Below are positions 1 through 12,407 of a stretch of 64,000 bases of DNA, piece after piece; positions within the stretch are counted from its first letter, which is position 1, and each line of letters opens with the position of its first letter. A model generated the notes under the pieces. The model saw only the letters and a list, made by a program, of their open reading frames with translations, was not told the DNA's origin and made no database searches. Where the stretch lies: assembly GCF_009914755.1 (NCBI RefSeq), contig NC_060929.1; one strand, 5' to 3'. Made by a program: the position numbers and the translations under genes. The DNA is from the human T2T-CHM13v2.0 reference genome, Homo sapiens.

Positions 1-45
1 TTAGTCTGTGGTAATTTGTTATGGCAGCAGTAACAAACTAAAACA
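1..45 (+). mobile_element. 3' end of MaLR (MLT1-type) LTR
   Basis: TGTGGTAATTTGTTATGGCAGCAGTAACAAACTAAAACA resembles the MLT1 LTR terminus. Confidence 0.6.
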
Positions 46-497
46 CCAACGAATCTTCCAAACTATGAACACTGTATGTCTTTCCATTTGTTTCATCTTC
101 TTTGATTAATGTCATCATTTTTAGACTGCAAGTCTTGTTCATGTTTTGTCATTTTACACGTATTTCATTTTTTTGAGCAGTTATAAATGTCATTAAACTT
201 TTAATTTCAGTGTCCATGTCTTAATTTTGTGTATATAGAAACACAAATAATTTTATTTGTTATCTTGTGTTGTTCACCTTACTGAATTTATTAATCTCAG
301 GGGGATTATTTTGCACGTGTACGTGTATGACTACATTTTCTAGATAGAAAATCATTTCATCTGCAAATAAAGACAATTTTATTTCCTTTTTTTATATCCA
401 TATATCTTTTAATTACTTTTTTTCCCTTAAATTACTTTAATTACTTTTTTTTGTTCATAGTATGAGAAGTCCTTGTCAGAACTTCTCATACTATGAA

Positions 498-579
498 CAT
501 GGCACATGTATACGTATGTAACAAACCTGCACGTTGTGCACATGTACCCTAGAACTTAAAGTATAATTTAAAAAAAAAA
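498..579 (+). mobile_element. Very short 5'-truncated L1PA 3' terminus with poly(A)
   Basis: CATGGCACATGTATACGTATGTAACAAACCTGCACGTTGTGCACATGTACCCTAGAACTTAAAGTATAAT followed by an A-run matches the L1PA 3' end. Confidence 0.9.
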
Positions 580-1081
580 GAGTAGTGAAAGTGAATATCC
601 TTCCCTTGTTTCTGATGTCGGGGGAAAGTAATTCTGCCTTTCACTATTAAGTACAATGTTAGCTGTAGGTTTTTTGTTTTTGTTTGGTTTAATTTTCATT
701 CTTTTTTTGGTAGATGCTCTTTATCAAGTTGAAGAAGTTCTTCTCTATTCCTATCTTTCTCAGAGTTTTACTTACAATCAGTAATGGGCTATAAAATTTG
801 TCAAATTCTTTTTCTGCATTGAATTATTTGATCATGCAATATGTTAGGTTGTATATTTTGTGAATTACATTAATATTTTCCAATCACTGAACCAGCCTTG
901 AATTCTGAGATTAAATGTCATAGTATATAATTATTTTTATATATTGCTATATTGTATTTATTCATATTTTTTGTTAAAAATTTTTGCATTTATTTCATGA
1001 AGTATATTGGTCTCTAGTTTTTTTGTGTGTGTATTGTCTTTTTAAAATTTTGGTATCACTGTAGCTTTCTAAAATGAATTA

Positions 1082-1423
<342 letters not shown>

Positions 1424-1879
1424 AGAAAATGTTTCTTCCTCTTCTATTGTCTAAAAGAGATTTTGAATAATTTATGTTAATTTTTCTGTAAACATTCGAT
1501 AGAAGTCTCCAGTGAAACTACATGCAACTGGAGATTTGCCTTTTAAATTACAAAATCAGTCCTCTCACACGTTATAATACTATGCAAATGATTTATTTTA
1601 CAGTGGGTGTGTCAAATTGTGTGTTTTTAAGGATTTGGTTCATTTTATTTAAGATATATTTATACGTGTAGGATTGTTTATAGTATTCTTAGTATAATTT
1701 TCAAGTCTGCAAAGTCTATAGTGATATCCCCATTTCAGTTTTGATATTCATAATTTTTATCTTTTTCACTTTGTCAGATTTGCTAGAGGTGTGTCAACTT
1801 GATTGTTTTAAATAATCAGTTCTTTGTTTCTTTGAGTTTTTAATTTTAATATTACTGTTATTATCTTTGTGATGATTAA

Positions 1880-2093
1880 AATTTTCTATGTTTAATTTAT
1901 ATGGATACATAATAGTTGTACATATTTATGATGCACATGATATTTTGAAACAAGCACACAATGCGTAATAATCAAATGAGGGTAATTGGGATATCCATTA
2001 ACTCAAGGATTTATCATTTCTTTGTCTTAGAAACATTCGAATTTCGCTCTTATTTTAAACTATGGAATAAATTACTTAATATTATTAACTATA
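1880..2093 (-). mobile_element. L1MA-type 3' end fragment
   Basis: GGATACATAATAGTTGTACATATTTATG...GTAATAATCAAATGAGGGTAATTGGGATATCCAT matches an antisense L1MA 3' UTR. Confidence 0.75.
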
Positions 2094-3187
2094 GTTTTAT
2101 GGCTTTGGGCTTATTTTGCTCTTCTGTTTGCTCTTTTCAAATGTATACTGTTATTGCTGCTCACTTTCATTTCAGCATTGCTTTTGCTGTGTCCCAAAAA
2201 GCTTGATACTTTGTATTTTCATTTTTATGCGATTCAATTAATTTTTAAGTTTTCCTTAAAATTTCCTTTTTAACACATGGATTATTTAAAGTGTGCTGTT
2301 TCTTTCTCAAGTGTTTGGAGAATTTACTATTATTTTTCTGTTATTGTATTCTACCGTCATTGTATTGTGGCTGGATAACTTGTGCATAATTTTAACTCAA
2401 ATTTGTTGAGGTAAGTGATACAATGAAAAACTTGTTTTATGGCCCAGTTATGCTCCATCAGGGTATGGAATCCAAGGGGTGCTTGAAAAGAACATGTGCT
2501 CTGAAGTTATTGGTGGAATAGTCTATAAATCTCAACATTTTCCTCTTGGTTCATTAAGTTTTGAATTCTTCTATATCCTTGCTGATTTTCTGTCTAGTTA
2601 TTGATCAGTTGTTGAGGGAGGGGAGTTGAAGTCACCAACTGTATTTGTGGTCCTCTTTATTTCTTCTGTCAGTTACAAGTTTTGGCTTTATGTATTTTGC
2701 TGCTCTACTATTTGCTACATGCATATTTTGAAGTACCATGTGTCATGGGTGGATTGGTCCATTTCTCATAATAAAATTTCTTCTCTGCCCTTGTAATTTT
2801 GTTTGCTCTGAAGTCTATTTAAATATTCTGATACCAACACAGTGATTCCCACTTTCTCTTTATAAAATGACTTTTTAATCCTGCTTTTCAATAGGTCTAC
2901 ATCATTATATTTGAACTTTCTTGTAGAGAGCATGTAATTGAGCAATGTTTTTAACCCACTATATCAATCTTTCTTTTAAATAACACATCTATACCATTTG
3001 TATTTTATGTAATTATCGCTGTTTTTAAGCTATTTTTCTTGTTTTCTGTATTTTCTTCATTTTTCCTTCTTGCTCTGGCTTCTTGTGATTATTTAAACAT
3101 TTTCCTTTAGAATTCCATTTTGCTTTGGCTGGTATTTTTCAGTGTGTCAATTACTGTATAGTTTTAGTGGTTCTACTAAAAATTGTG

Positions 3188-4240
3188 AATATATATATTA
3201 TATATGTATATATATTTTATATATAATAGGAATGTATATTTAATATATAAATTTTAGTATATTGTATATACATAGTATTTATATATAACTATATATTGTA
3301 TATACATAGTATTTATATATAATTATATATCATATTATATTTATATAGTTACATTAATATGATATATTATTGTTGTATGTATAATATGATGTATATTGTT
3401 ACATTAATATGATATATTATTACATTAGTATTATATTAATTAATTAATATATTATTTATATAATATTAGTAATATAATATTAATGTGTTAATATATTAAT
3501 AGAATTAATATATTCTATTAGATTAATTCTAATAGAATTAAATTCTAATAGAATTAATATATTCTATTAGGTTAATTCTAATATAATTAAAATATTCTAT
3601 TAGATTAATTCTACTAGAAGTAATAATAATTAATAGAATTAATATATTAATAGAATATTCTATTAATATATTATATAACATCTATGCAATATATAATAAT
3701 ATATATATGATATATAATACTATATACAATATCTATAATGTACATTACAATATTAATTTCATATATATAATATATCATATAATATATTAATATAGTATAT
3801 TATGTAACATATTAATATATTATATGATATATAATTATATTTATATATTATATTAATATATTACTATTTACATGCTGTAGTAATATATTAATATTAATAC
3901 ATTATATTATATTAATATGATATGTGTGATATAATATGATATCTATAATAAAATAATATATTAATATAGTGTATTAGTATTACATGAATATAATACATTA
4001 TATTAATATGATGTATTAATTATATATGATTTATACAATATATACAATTGTATAATATGTATATACCAGGAAAATATATGTTGTATAGTGTATCTAAATT
4101 TTAGTATAGTATATAGTATATATAAAGGTATATAATATATACTAGGCATATAGTATCTATTATGTATTACATATAAATTTTATATAATACATAAAATATA
4201 AAAATGTATAATATATAAAATATAAATATTATATATAAAC
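3188..4240. repeat. ~1 kb degenerate (TA)n / AT-rich array with palindromic subunits
   Basis: Almost entirely A/T; repeated TAATAGAATTAATATATTCTATTA; perfect 34-bp palindrome at 3640-3673. Confidence 0.95.
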
Positions 4241-4879
4241 TTGGCACAGTTTAGTAGTGTCATTCGTTTACCAGTTTGGATGAGATATAGAACTTTACCT
4301 ACTATTAAGTTATTTTCCACTCTTAAATTTTTAAGATAATTATCTTAAATATTTTCTTGATATATATTTGCAGTCAAACTAAATAATTTTAAAATTATTG
4401 CTTCAATTATTAATCACAATTTAGAAGACTCAAGAGAATAAAGTAGTTCTCTTGTACATACCCATATTTTTGCTCAATGTACTTTCTTCTGATGTTTCAA
4501 ACTTTCTTTTATCATTTCATTTCTGTTTGGTAAAAAATTTAACTTTCATTTTCATTGGGGCAAAGTAGAGAAAAACATGATTTTGGTATGACATCTTTAA
4601 TGAGATACACCACAGTTTTATTTCTATTTTGAATGATTTTATGTCTTCTGCAAGATTATTTACAATGAAGAAAATTGAAATATATATGTAATTACTACTA
4701 AATCAGCAATATAGTTATCATGTTCTGAAAAGTTGGTATTTTGTAAGCTAAAAACACATGGGGAAAATAATTTTAATGTTTAAAATTGGAATAACAAAAT
4801 ATTATTAAAAATTTACTCCAGCCAGGATTTGCACTAGCAAACTTAGGATACATAAAATACAGCTGTATATATAACCCAT

Positions 4880-6460
4880 TCAAATGGTTCTGAATTGTTT
4901 TCTTGTGAGAAATTCTAAATGTGTGTCTCTCATTCAGATCTCACTTCTGATATGTATTGTACTTCCCATTTGCTGATTTCATTGGAAAACTTACAATGAT
5001 CACAAACATGACATTTCTGAAACTGAATTTAATCTCTACCCCCAAATTCAATTTTCTTCAGTCTTCACCATTTTAGTAAATGGCACAGCTAATGACCACT
5101 TATCTGAAATAAATTTTTTGACTTTTCACTTAATTTTGAATCATCAGTTTCATAATTTCCATCATCATTTATGTTAATTCCACCACAAATATATATCTTG
5201 AATTTACTTCTACTCATTTCTGCTGCCAGCACTATAGTTTAAAGCATCAGAATTGGTAAAAAAAAAAAAAGTAATATTAAATTATCTCCCCACTTTTGTT
5301 CTTGCCCTTTTCAATCTATTCTTCACCAAATACTGTATGCGTTAAGCTATTCCGATAGAGACACATTTGTATATACACATCTATCTCCCTGTCGATCTAT
5401 ATCTTACATCTATACCTCTCTCTCTCTGTCTCTCTCTCTTCATGTGTATACATGTGGATCCTAAAACTTAAACAAAATTGGGAGTTATATTTAAAGTATA
5501 TAAATGCAAATTACAAATGGGAAAGTAAGCGCTGAAGTAAATACTTTTATAATGGAAAATCCTCCACAACATAATATACTATAAACTTCAAAAAAGGCAG
5601 AAAATAGCATGACATTTTTATTGGTTAATGCCAGCATACCTCATATATCTCTATTGTTCATATTTTTAAAGGAATACTTATTTGATCACGCTTACACTTG
5701 ATGGCAATTTTGTAATATAATTTTCTACAGAGAGAATAGGTAAATCTTTTTATTACTGTGGTTGATTTTTTTAACTTAATAATTCAGAAAAACTGTACAA
5801 TGTAGTATTGGCAAAATCTTCTAAATTTTCAGAGGTTTCGTCAAGCTTTGCATACTCTCTGTTAAGGAGAGGACTTTAATTTTAAATAGGACATCAAAAT
5901 GAACTAACTTCTGCTTGGTGTTTTCTAAATCTGATGATTGAAACAATTTTCCATTGGCTAACTTCTGTTTTCATGCATTTATAGCATTTTTCCTTAATCA
6001 TTCACATGTCTGTGGTACCAGGTGTTTAAGACAAGTTCAAAGAACAATAGGACTTCATCTGCTTCACATTCATGACCTAACACCAGGTGACTGAGAAGTA
6101 GGAGTATTTCTGGGAGCCATGTCTATCCTGAGTCATCTGGCATTCATAGCATTTTCTTTTCCTTTTGCATGTAAGTCTTTAAATGGCTAATTCTTCACCA
6201 TCTTTTATATTTCACTTCCAATGTCATCTCTAGAGAGAAATTCATAACTTTCAATTCCAAATTACTCATGCTACTCTTGAGTTTATCCCCTTAGAAAATA
6301 ATGGCACTTACCACCATCTGACATCATTTCAATCTCTCTTCCTCTCTTATGAATCAAACCTTGTAAAAGGAGAAGAGTTTTCTCTGTTGTGCGTTTTGTT
6401 CCCCCAGACTTGAGCAGTTTCTAGTGTATATTATGTATGACTAAATATAAATGTGAATAC
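4880..6460 (+). mobile_element. L2 fragment split by a DNA transposon relic
   Basis: L2-like motifs TTCTGAAACTGAATTTAATCT, AGTAAATGGCAC, TTCAATCTATTCTTCACC, GCACTTACCACCATCTGACAT and a 3'-end-like stretch near 6440. Confidence 0.55.
5445..6130 (-). mobile_element. hAT-Tip100 (Zaphod-like) DNA transposon relic
   Basis: Minus-strand 5743-5702 translates as LPILSVENYITKLP, resembling the hAT C-terminal dimerisation motif (L-x-I-L-S-I-E-N-D-I); flanks resemble Zaphod-type sequence from recall. Confidence 0.5.
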
Positions 6461-7338
6461 ATTTGTATAGTTGTGTTTCTACTGTGTCTTACTTACAATA
6501 AAGTTTTTTATGAGAGATAAAATGAAGGGGAAAATATTCCTCCTTAATCTCAATGTTTATCATTAAAAAAACTCCTTGGAAATTTTTCGAAAATTAGTAG
6601 TTTCAATTATTGCTATTAACAACTTGGTTTAAGGAGAAAATATGCTCATTTGTGGTGAGACTTCCACAGTAAGCAGGCAAACCTGAACCAGAAAAGAAAT
6701 TTAGCTCCTGGTAATAAGTTGTGATGTTCAAGATAAAAGTACATATTCTTTAAGCATGACTCAATTAACATGTCTAGTATGAATTTTCATATTTTATCCC
6801 TTTGATTTTTTTCACATGGTACCATCACAATAGTTTATTTATGAAAACATTTTTCTCAGAAAAAGATATCTCTCTGGCTCACTCTCATTTTTACTTTTTA
6901 CTCTGATTTAATGAATTTGAAATCTTTATGTAATGCTAGGTGTCCTATTTAATATTAATGTAATTTGTACAATTAAAAAATGCAAATATTTTGTCAATAA
7001 TAAAATCTGGTAAATAAAACCTAACAATTATTAAATAAGTATGAATAAGTTTCAAAAACCTTCACTATAATTATCAAAGTTTAAAGATCAGTAAAACTTA
7101 AAAAAGCATAATTCCTGAGGGCAAAAAAAAAAAAATAGATAACAATCTCCCAGGATACCATCATTTTTCTGTTCTATGTATACTACTCATTGAATCATGT
7201 CTAGTTTTCAATCCGTGAACTAAAAAATCAAAGACTTTGCAATTCCACTCATGTGTATGCATGCACACACATAGCTGTATACCTATACTAAAGAAACACT
7301 TATATGTTTTCACTTGTAGATATGTACAAGAATGTTCA

Positions 7339-7629
7339 GGCTGGGTGCAGTGGCTCCTATGTATAATCCCAACACTTTGGGAGGCTGTCAGGAGGATAGC
7401 TTGAGGCCAGGAATTCCGGATTAGCCTAGGCAACACACTGAGATCCCATATCTTTATAAAAATTTGGTTAGCTGAGCACGATGGTGCATGCCTGTAGTCC
7501 CAGCTACTCAGGAAGCTGAGGCAAGAGGATCACTTGAGCCCAGGAGTACCGAATTGCAGTGAGTTATGATTGAGCCACTGCACTCCAGGCTGGGCAGCAG
7601 AGCAAGACACTGACCCTTAAAAAAAAAAA
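7339..7629 (+). mobile_element. AluJ
   Basis: Full dimer with J-type GGAGGATAGCTTGAGGCCAGG and GAGGATCACTTGAGCCCAGG; A-tail. Confidence 0.9.
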
Positions 7630-7911
7630 GTTTACAAAGGCAAGCCCAAATGTCCATCTACACAAATATGAGTAAACTACTCCTAATATATTCCTTAAAT
7701 AGAATTCTATAGAGTGGTGAAAATAGCTATAGTTAATATGATATTTGGATCTTAGAAATGTAATACTGAATGAAAAAGCAAGTCTCAAATGTCAACTTTA
7801 TAAATTTCCAAAATACGCCATCTGAAACAGTGCTTATGCAGTTTAGTTATTAAGAAAAACTTTTTTTTTTAATCAAGAAAGTAGTTGTCGTAGAAGAGGA
7901 GTCCAAGAGTG

Positions 7912-8047
7912 TGAGGCCAGGAGTCTGAAACCAGCCTGGGCAACCCATTGAGACCCACCTCTATAAAAGAAAATAATAATTATTATCTGAATGTGGTGGT
8001 GCATGCCTGTAGACCGAGCTACTCAGGAGGCTGAGATGGAAGGATTG
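7912..8047 (+). mobile_element. AluJ internal fragment
   Basis: TGAGGCCAGGAGTCTGAAACCAGCCTGGGCAAC...GCTACTCAGGAGGCTGAGATGGAAGGATTG; both ends missing. Confidence 0.8.
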
Positions 8048-9202
8048 TCATTACTACTTTATTACTGCTGCCAAGGTAGTGTGTGCCTGAGAGGTTAACT
8101 ATAATTGCACATTCTATTTGTTAAGCTAGGCAGTGGATTCTATTTCTTAAACAGGGCAATGAATTCACCCTCTTATATTTTTATGCTCCTCAATATACAT
8201 ATGCATTGCACATTTTTGCTTATTTTATGAAAACTTAATGTTTTATATTCTGTTAAAAAAGTAAAGGATGAAACATTTTAAATTCCTGCAAAACAGAAAT
8301 GCACTATTGGATATGTATTTTCCATAAATTTTTACTTCTATTTGTTGTAACATATAATACTTATTAGAGTTAAAATGAAATGAGTGATTTGCAGCAACAC
8401 ATCTACTCAGAAAAATACTATTTCTAGCATGATCTAATATATTATGTTTTTGTATTAATAATGTGCCTTAGAGTAATGAGCTCCATTTATGAAAGCAAAA
8501 GTAGAATAAAGAAAAGTGAAACCTGTTTAGCGTTGGCATGAAAAATTAAATTATGACAAAATGAAATTATCAGAGATGTAAAGTATAGATGAAATATGGA
8601 AAATATGTGTCTACTACAAGAACAGTTTCCATGGATATATTAAATGCCAGGTTTAGATTTATGAATAAAAATTACAATTCTGAACAACACCAGGAATATA
8701 TTTTTCAGTTTCCTCCACACTTTTCTTGATTATTTTATTCTTCATACCCTTCACCTTTCCTAGCAATGAGATTATACTACCTTGGAAGAAGTAATAAATA
8801 GGGATAATATTTGAGTTGTTTCATTAAAATATTATAAATTAAAAGCCATTGATATTAATCTACATCAGTTCAATTATTATCTGAGTTTAAATAACATAGC
8901 AGTGTATATTATAGAAATTTTAGAATAATTTTGAATGTTATGAGTTATCTAACTAAATTGCTACAATCATTTATGTTTGAAATAATACATTCAGAACTTA
9001 ATCACAGATAATTTCAGTTATGGAGGATTCATTTCTTCATTTAATAAACATTTTTGAGTGCTATGTTTGGATTTTATTTTTAGGATAGTGCATGTCTATC
9101 ATGTAGGGATTCTCTAAGAAGTGATTACTTTTGAAAACACCTAATGTCTTCGGTGACTAGCTAATATATCCTAATAATTCAACAACAAAGGAAAACATGA
9201 TG

Positions 9203-9483
9203 TCCCCCCTCTTTCTTCTTTCTTCTTTCTTTCCTTCCTTCCTTCCTTCCTTTCTCTCTCTCTTTCTTTCTTCTTTCTCTCTCTTTCCTTCCTTCCTTTC
9301 TTTCTTTCTTTCTGTTTTCTTTCTTCTTTCTTTCTTTCTCTCTCTCTTTCTTTCCTCTTTCTCTTTTCTTCCTTCCTTCTTTTCTTTTTTCTTTCTTTCT
9401 TTCTTCTTTCTTTCTCCCTCTCTTTCTTTCTTTCTTTCCTCTTTCTCTCTCTTTCCTTTTTTCTTTCTCTCTCTTTCCTTTTT

Positions 9484-9519
<36 letters not shown>

Positions 9520-9598
9520 TCCTTCCTTCCTTCCTTCCTTCCTTCCTTCCTTCCTTTCCTTCCTTCCTTCCTTCCCTCCCTCCCTCCCTCCCTCCCTC

Positions 9599-9653
<55 letters not shown>

Positions 9654-9718
9654 TCCTCTTTCTCTCTCTCTCTTTTCTTTCTCTCTCTTTTCTTTCTTTC
9701 TTTCTTTCTTTCTTTCTT
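9203..9718. repeat. ~515-bp polypyrimidine compound microsatellite (TTTC/TTCC/CT/CCCT)
   Basis: Essentially only C/T on + strand (one G at 9314). Confidence 0.97.
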
Positions 9719-10899
9719 ATGTTAGGCATGTCAAAGGGTGAACAGTGATGTATATTGTGCTGTGAAGATTTCTGGAAGTAAATGTTCTTTCATAGAGTTT
9801 TACAATGAAGTTGTGTACAATCTGGTAAACTCTGATTTTTGCACACACCACAGTTTTCTTGTTAGGAACCTAATAATTGTATTCGTTTCAGTTCTAGAAG
9901 TTTTGAAAATAGCGGCATAAATTTTTGACTTCTCCACAAATTTCCTTCCACTGCATATATATGTGCATGTATGTGAGTGGTCATATATTACATATACTTA
10001 TATGTATATGTATATTTCCTGTGACAACGGAAATTTTCTCCTTTCCATGTCACTGACAGTGATATATTAACTAGATTATATTAATCAAATTAATGCTATA
10101 TTTGCTATTAATTTAGAAATTATTCTTGCTTATCTCATTTCTTATACATATTTGATTAGCCTAGTGGCATGTCATTATGAAATATAATATTTTGACTATA
10201 ATTTTTCTATAAGAAGTATAAAAAGGGCAACATGATACCTTTTATATATTACTGTATAAAAGGGTAATATTTATACAAATAAATATTTAATCAATAATTA
10301 AATATGGATAATCAATATTTAATAGTAGAAGCAGAAGAATAAATCACACCTCCCAGAAAACACTACTACTTATGTTTCAATAATTTACTCTTGTCCTACT
10401 ACTATTTTTCCATTGGCAATTTTAAATGCGTGAAGTAGGTGGACTCAGTGGATGCACACATTGGTGAATAGCATCAACCATCTACATCTGTGAGCCCTTG
10501 GACTAGATAATCAGACAATTATTGGGGTCTATTGAGATAGTACTTTACCATTCTCTTGGTCATTGAGGCATAATCTTTGAAAAGTAGTATTTTCAAGTTA
10601 TCACACTTTATATAATATTGGGGTGGGAAGCACTGATATTTGTAAGAGCTATTTTATTTAGGCCAGCATATAACCACAGAAGTGGTAATCAGACATCTCA
10701 CAAAGAATAGTAGATTACTTCAAAATTGTGATCTTGATGAACAAATTCCATGATTTCTGTCAATACAAATGTGGGGGTAGAGATCTGGAGAAGCCATATT
10801 TTTAACTTTACCACTTGGAGTTCATTCTCTGGAATTATATGATTATTTATCATGTGTAATTTCCAGTAAGCACATTTTGCAAGCACTGTAAGAGGTGGC

Positions 10900-11125
10900 A
10901 AGAAAGTACAAAGAGACTTGATTCTAATATCACTTAAATAACTGAAGCTCTGTGTAACTTAGAAGAAATTTATTTAGCCATGTAGAGTTAAAGTTTCTCC
11001 ATCTGTAAAATGGGAATCATGATGGCAACTCTTAATAGTTTCAAGGATATCAAATGAAATAGTATGAGTAGCACATTTTGCAAGAAACCAGAACTGTTAG
11101 CAAGCCTGGTGTCAAAACAACTCTA
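10900..11125 (+). mobile_element. MIR
   Basis: MIR core AGTTTCTCCATCTGTAAAATGGGAATCATGATGGCAAC. Confidence 0.75.
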
Positions 11126-11146
11126 TATCTACCTATATAGTTAGAA

Positions 11147-12147
11147 ATAGAGATAAAGATAAACAGACATAGACATAGAAATAGACATTGATACAGACAT
11201 ACACATAGACATAGACATAGACACAGACACAGACTGATATAGATGTAGACCAAGACCTGGACAAAGACATAGACATAGACATAGATGTAGACAGTAATAT
11301 AGACACAGACATAGACCTAAACCTAGACCTAGATCTAGACATAGACATAGATATTAATACAGACATACATATAGACATAGGCCTAAAGATAGACATCGAC
11401 ATGGACATAGACAGACACAGACTGATATAGATGTAGACATAGACTTGGACATGGACATAGACATAGATGTAGACACTGATATAGACATAGACACAGACTG
11501 ATATAGATGTAGACATAGACCTGGACTTAGACATAGACATAGACATAGACACTGATATAGACACAGACATAGACATAGACATAGAAACTGATATAGACAT
11601 AGACATAGACACTAATATAGACATAGACATAGACATAGACATAGACCTAGACCTAGATGTAGACATAGATATTGATACAGACATACACATAGACATAGGC
11701 CTGAAGATAGATATTGACATGGACATAGACTGACATAGACTGATATAGATGTAGACATAGACCTGGACATGGACATAGACATCGATGTAGACACCAATAT
11801 AGACACAGACACAGACTGATATAGATGTAGACATAGACCTGGACATAGACATAGACATAGACACTGATATAGACATAGACATAGACATAGACCTAGACAT
11901 AGACATAGATATTGATACAGACGCACACATAGACGTAGGCCTGAAGATAAACATTGACATGGAAATAGATGGAAATAGACAGACACAGACACAGACTGAT
12001 ATAGATGTAGACATAGACCTGAAGATGGACACAGACATAGATGTAGACCCTGATATAGACATAGACACAGACACAGACTGATATAGATGTAGACATAGAC
12101 CTGGACATAGACATAGACATAGACATAGACATAGACATAGTCATAGA
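11147..12147. repeat. (GACATA)n-based minisatellite with higher-order repeat structure
   Basis: About 1 kb of GACATA hexamers with recurrent variants GACACA, GATGTA, GACCTG, GATATA, GGCCTG; variant blocks recur at 318 and 240 bp spacing. Confidence 0.97.
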
Positions 12148-12407
12148 GAGGAGTGGGTGTACACTGTGGAAAAATAAGATTTCTATTTCCAGCATCCTAT
12201 TTTTTGAAAATAACGTGGACTGGATTTTGGTGGATTTGACTAAAACACTAGAGTACAAGTTGTCTATAAATAGTTCTTATGAAGAACATAGAGGGGCTTT
12301 AAGTTCTTTCTGAATGGTGTTGAGGAATTGAGCTTTGACCAGACTCCCTTATATAGGGCGACAGAGTGAATGTTAGCAACTCAAAAAATCAAAGAAAGCT
12401 TGCTGAG

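Noticed and set aside
9157-9748. 190-aa K/E/R-rich and 183-aa F/L/S-rich ORFs
   Set aside because: Artefacts of the purine/pyrimidine microsatellite; the same applies to 23252-23683 and the (TC)(CA) ORFs at 46936-47250.
10869-11084. 15-bp direct repeat AGCACATTTTGCAAG (10869-10883, 11070-11084) around a MIR core
   Set aside because: The MIR appears to continue past the second copy, so it is not a TSD; no further support for function.
11147-12147. Repeat-spacer-like periodicity suggesting CRISPR
   Set aside because: No unique spacers or cas genes; eukaryotic context; the intervening sequence is the same hexamer.
11133-12258. 313-aa, 126-aa and 121-aa minus-strand ORFs (MSMSVS/CLCL/VYVY)
   Set aside because: Translations of the TATGTC hexamer array, which lacks stops in every phase; the reading phase flips at 4-nt units and there is no coding signature.
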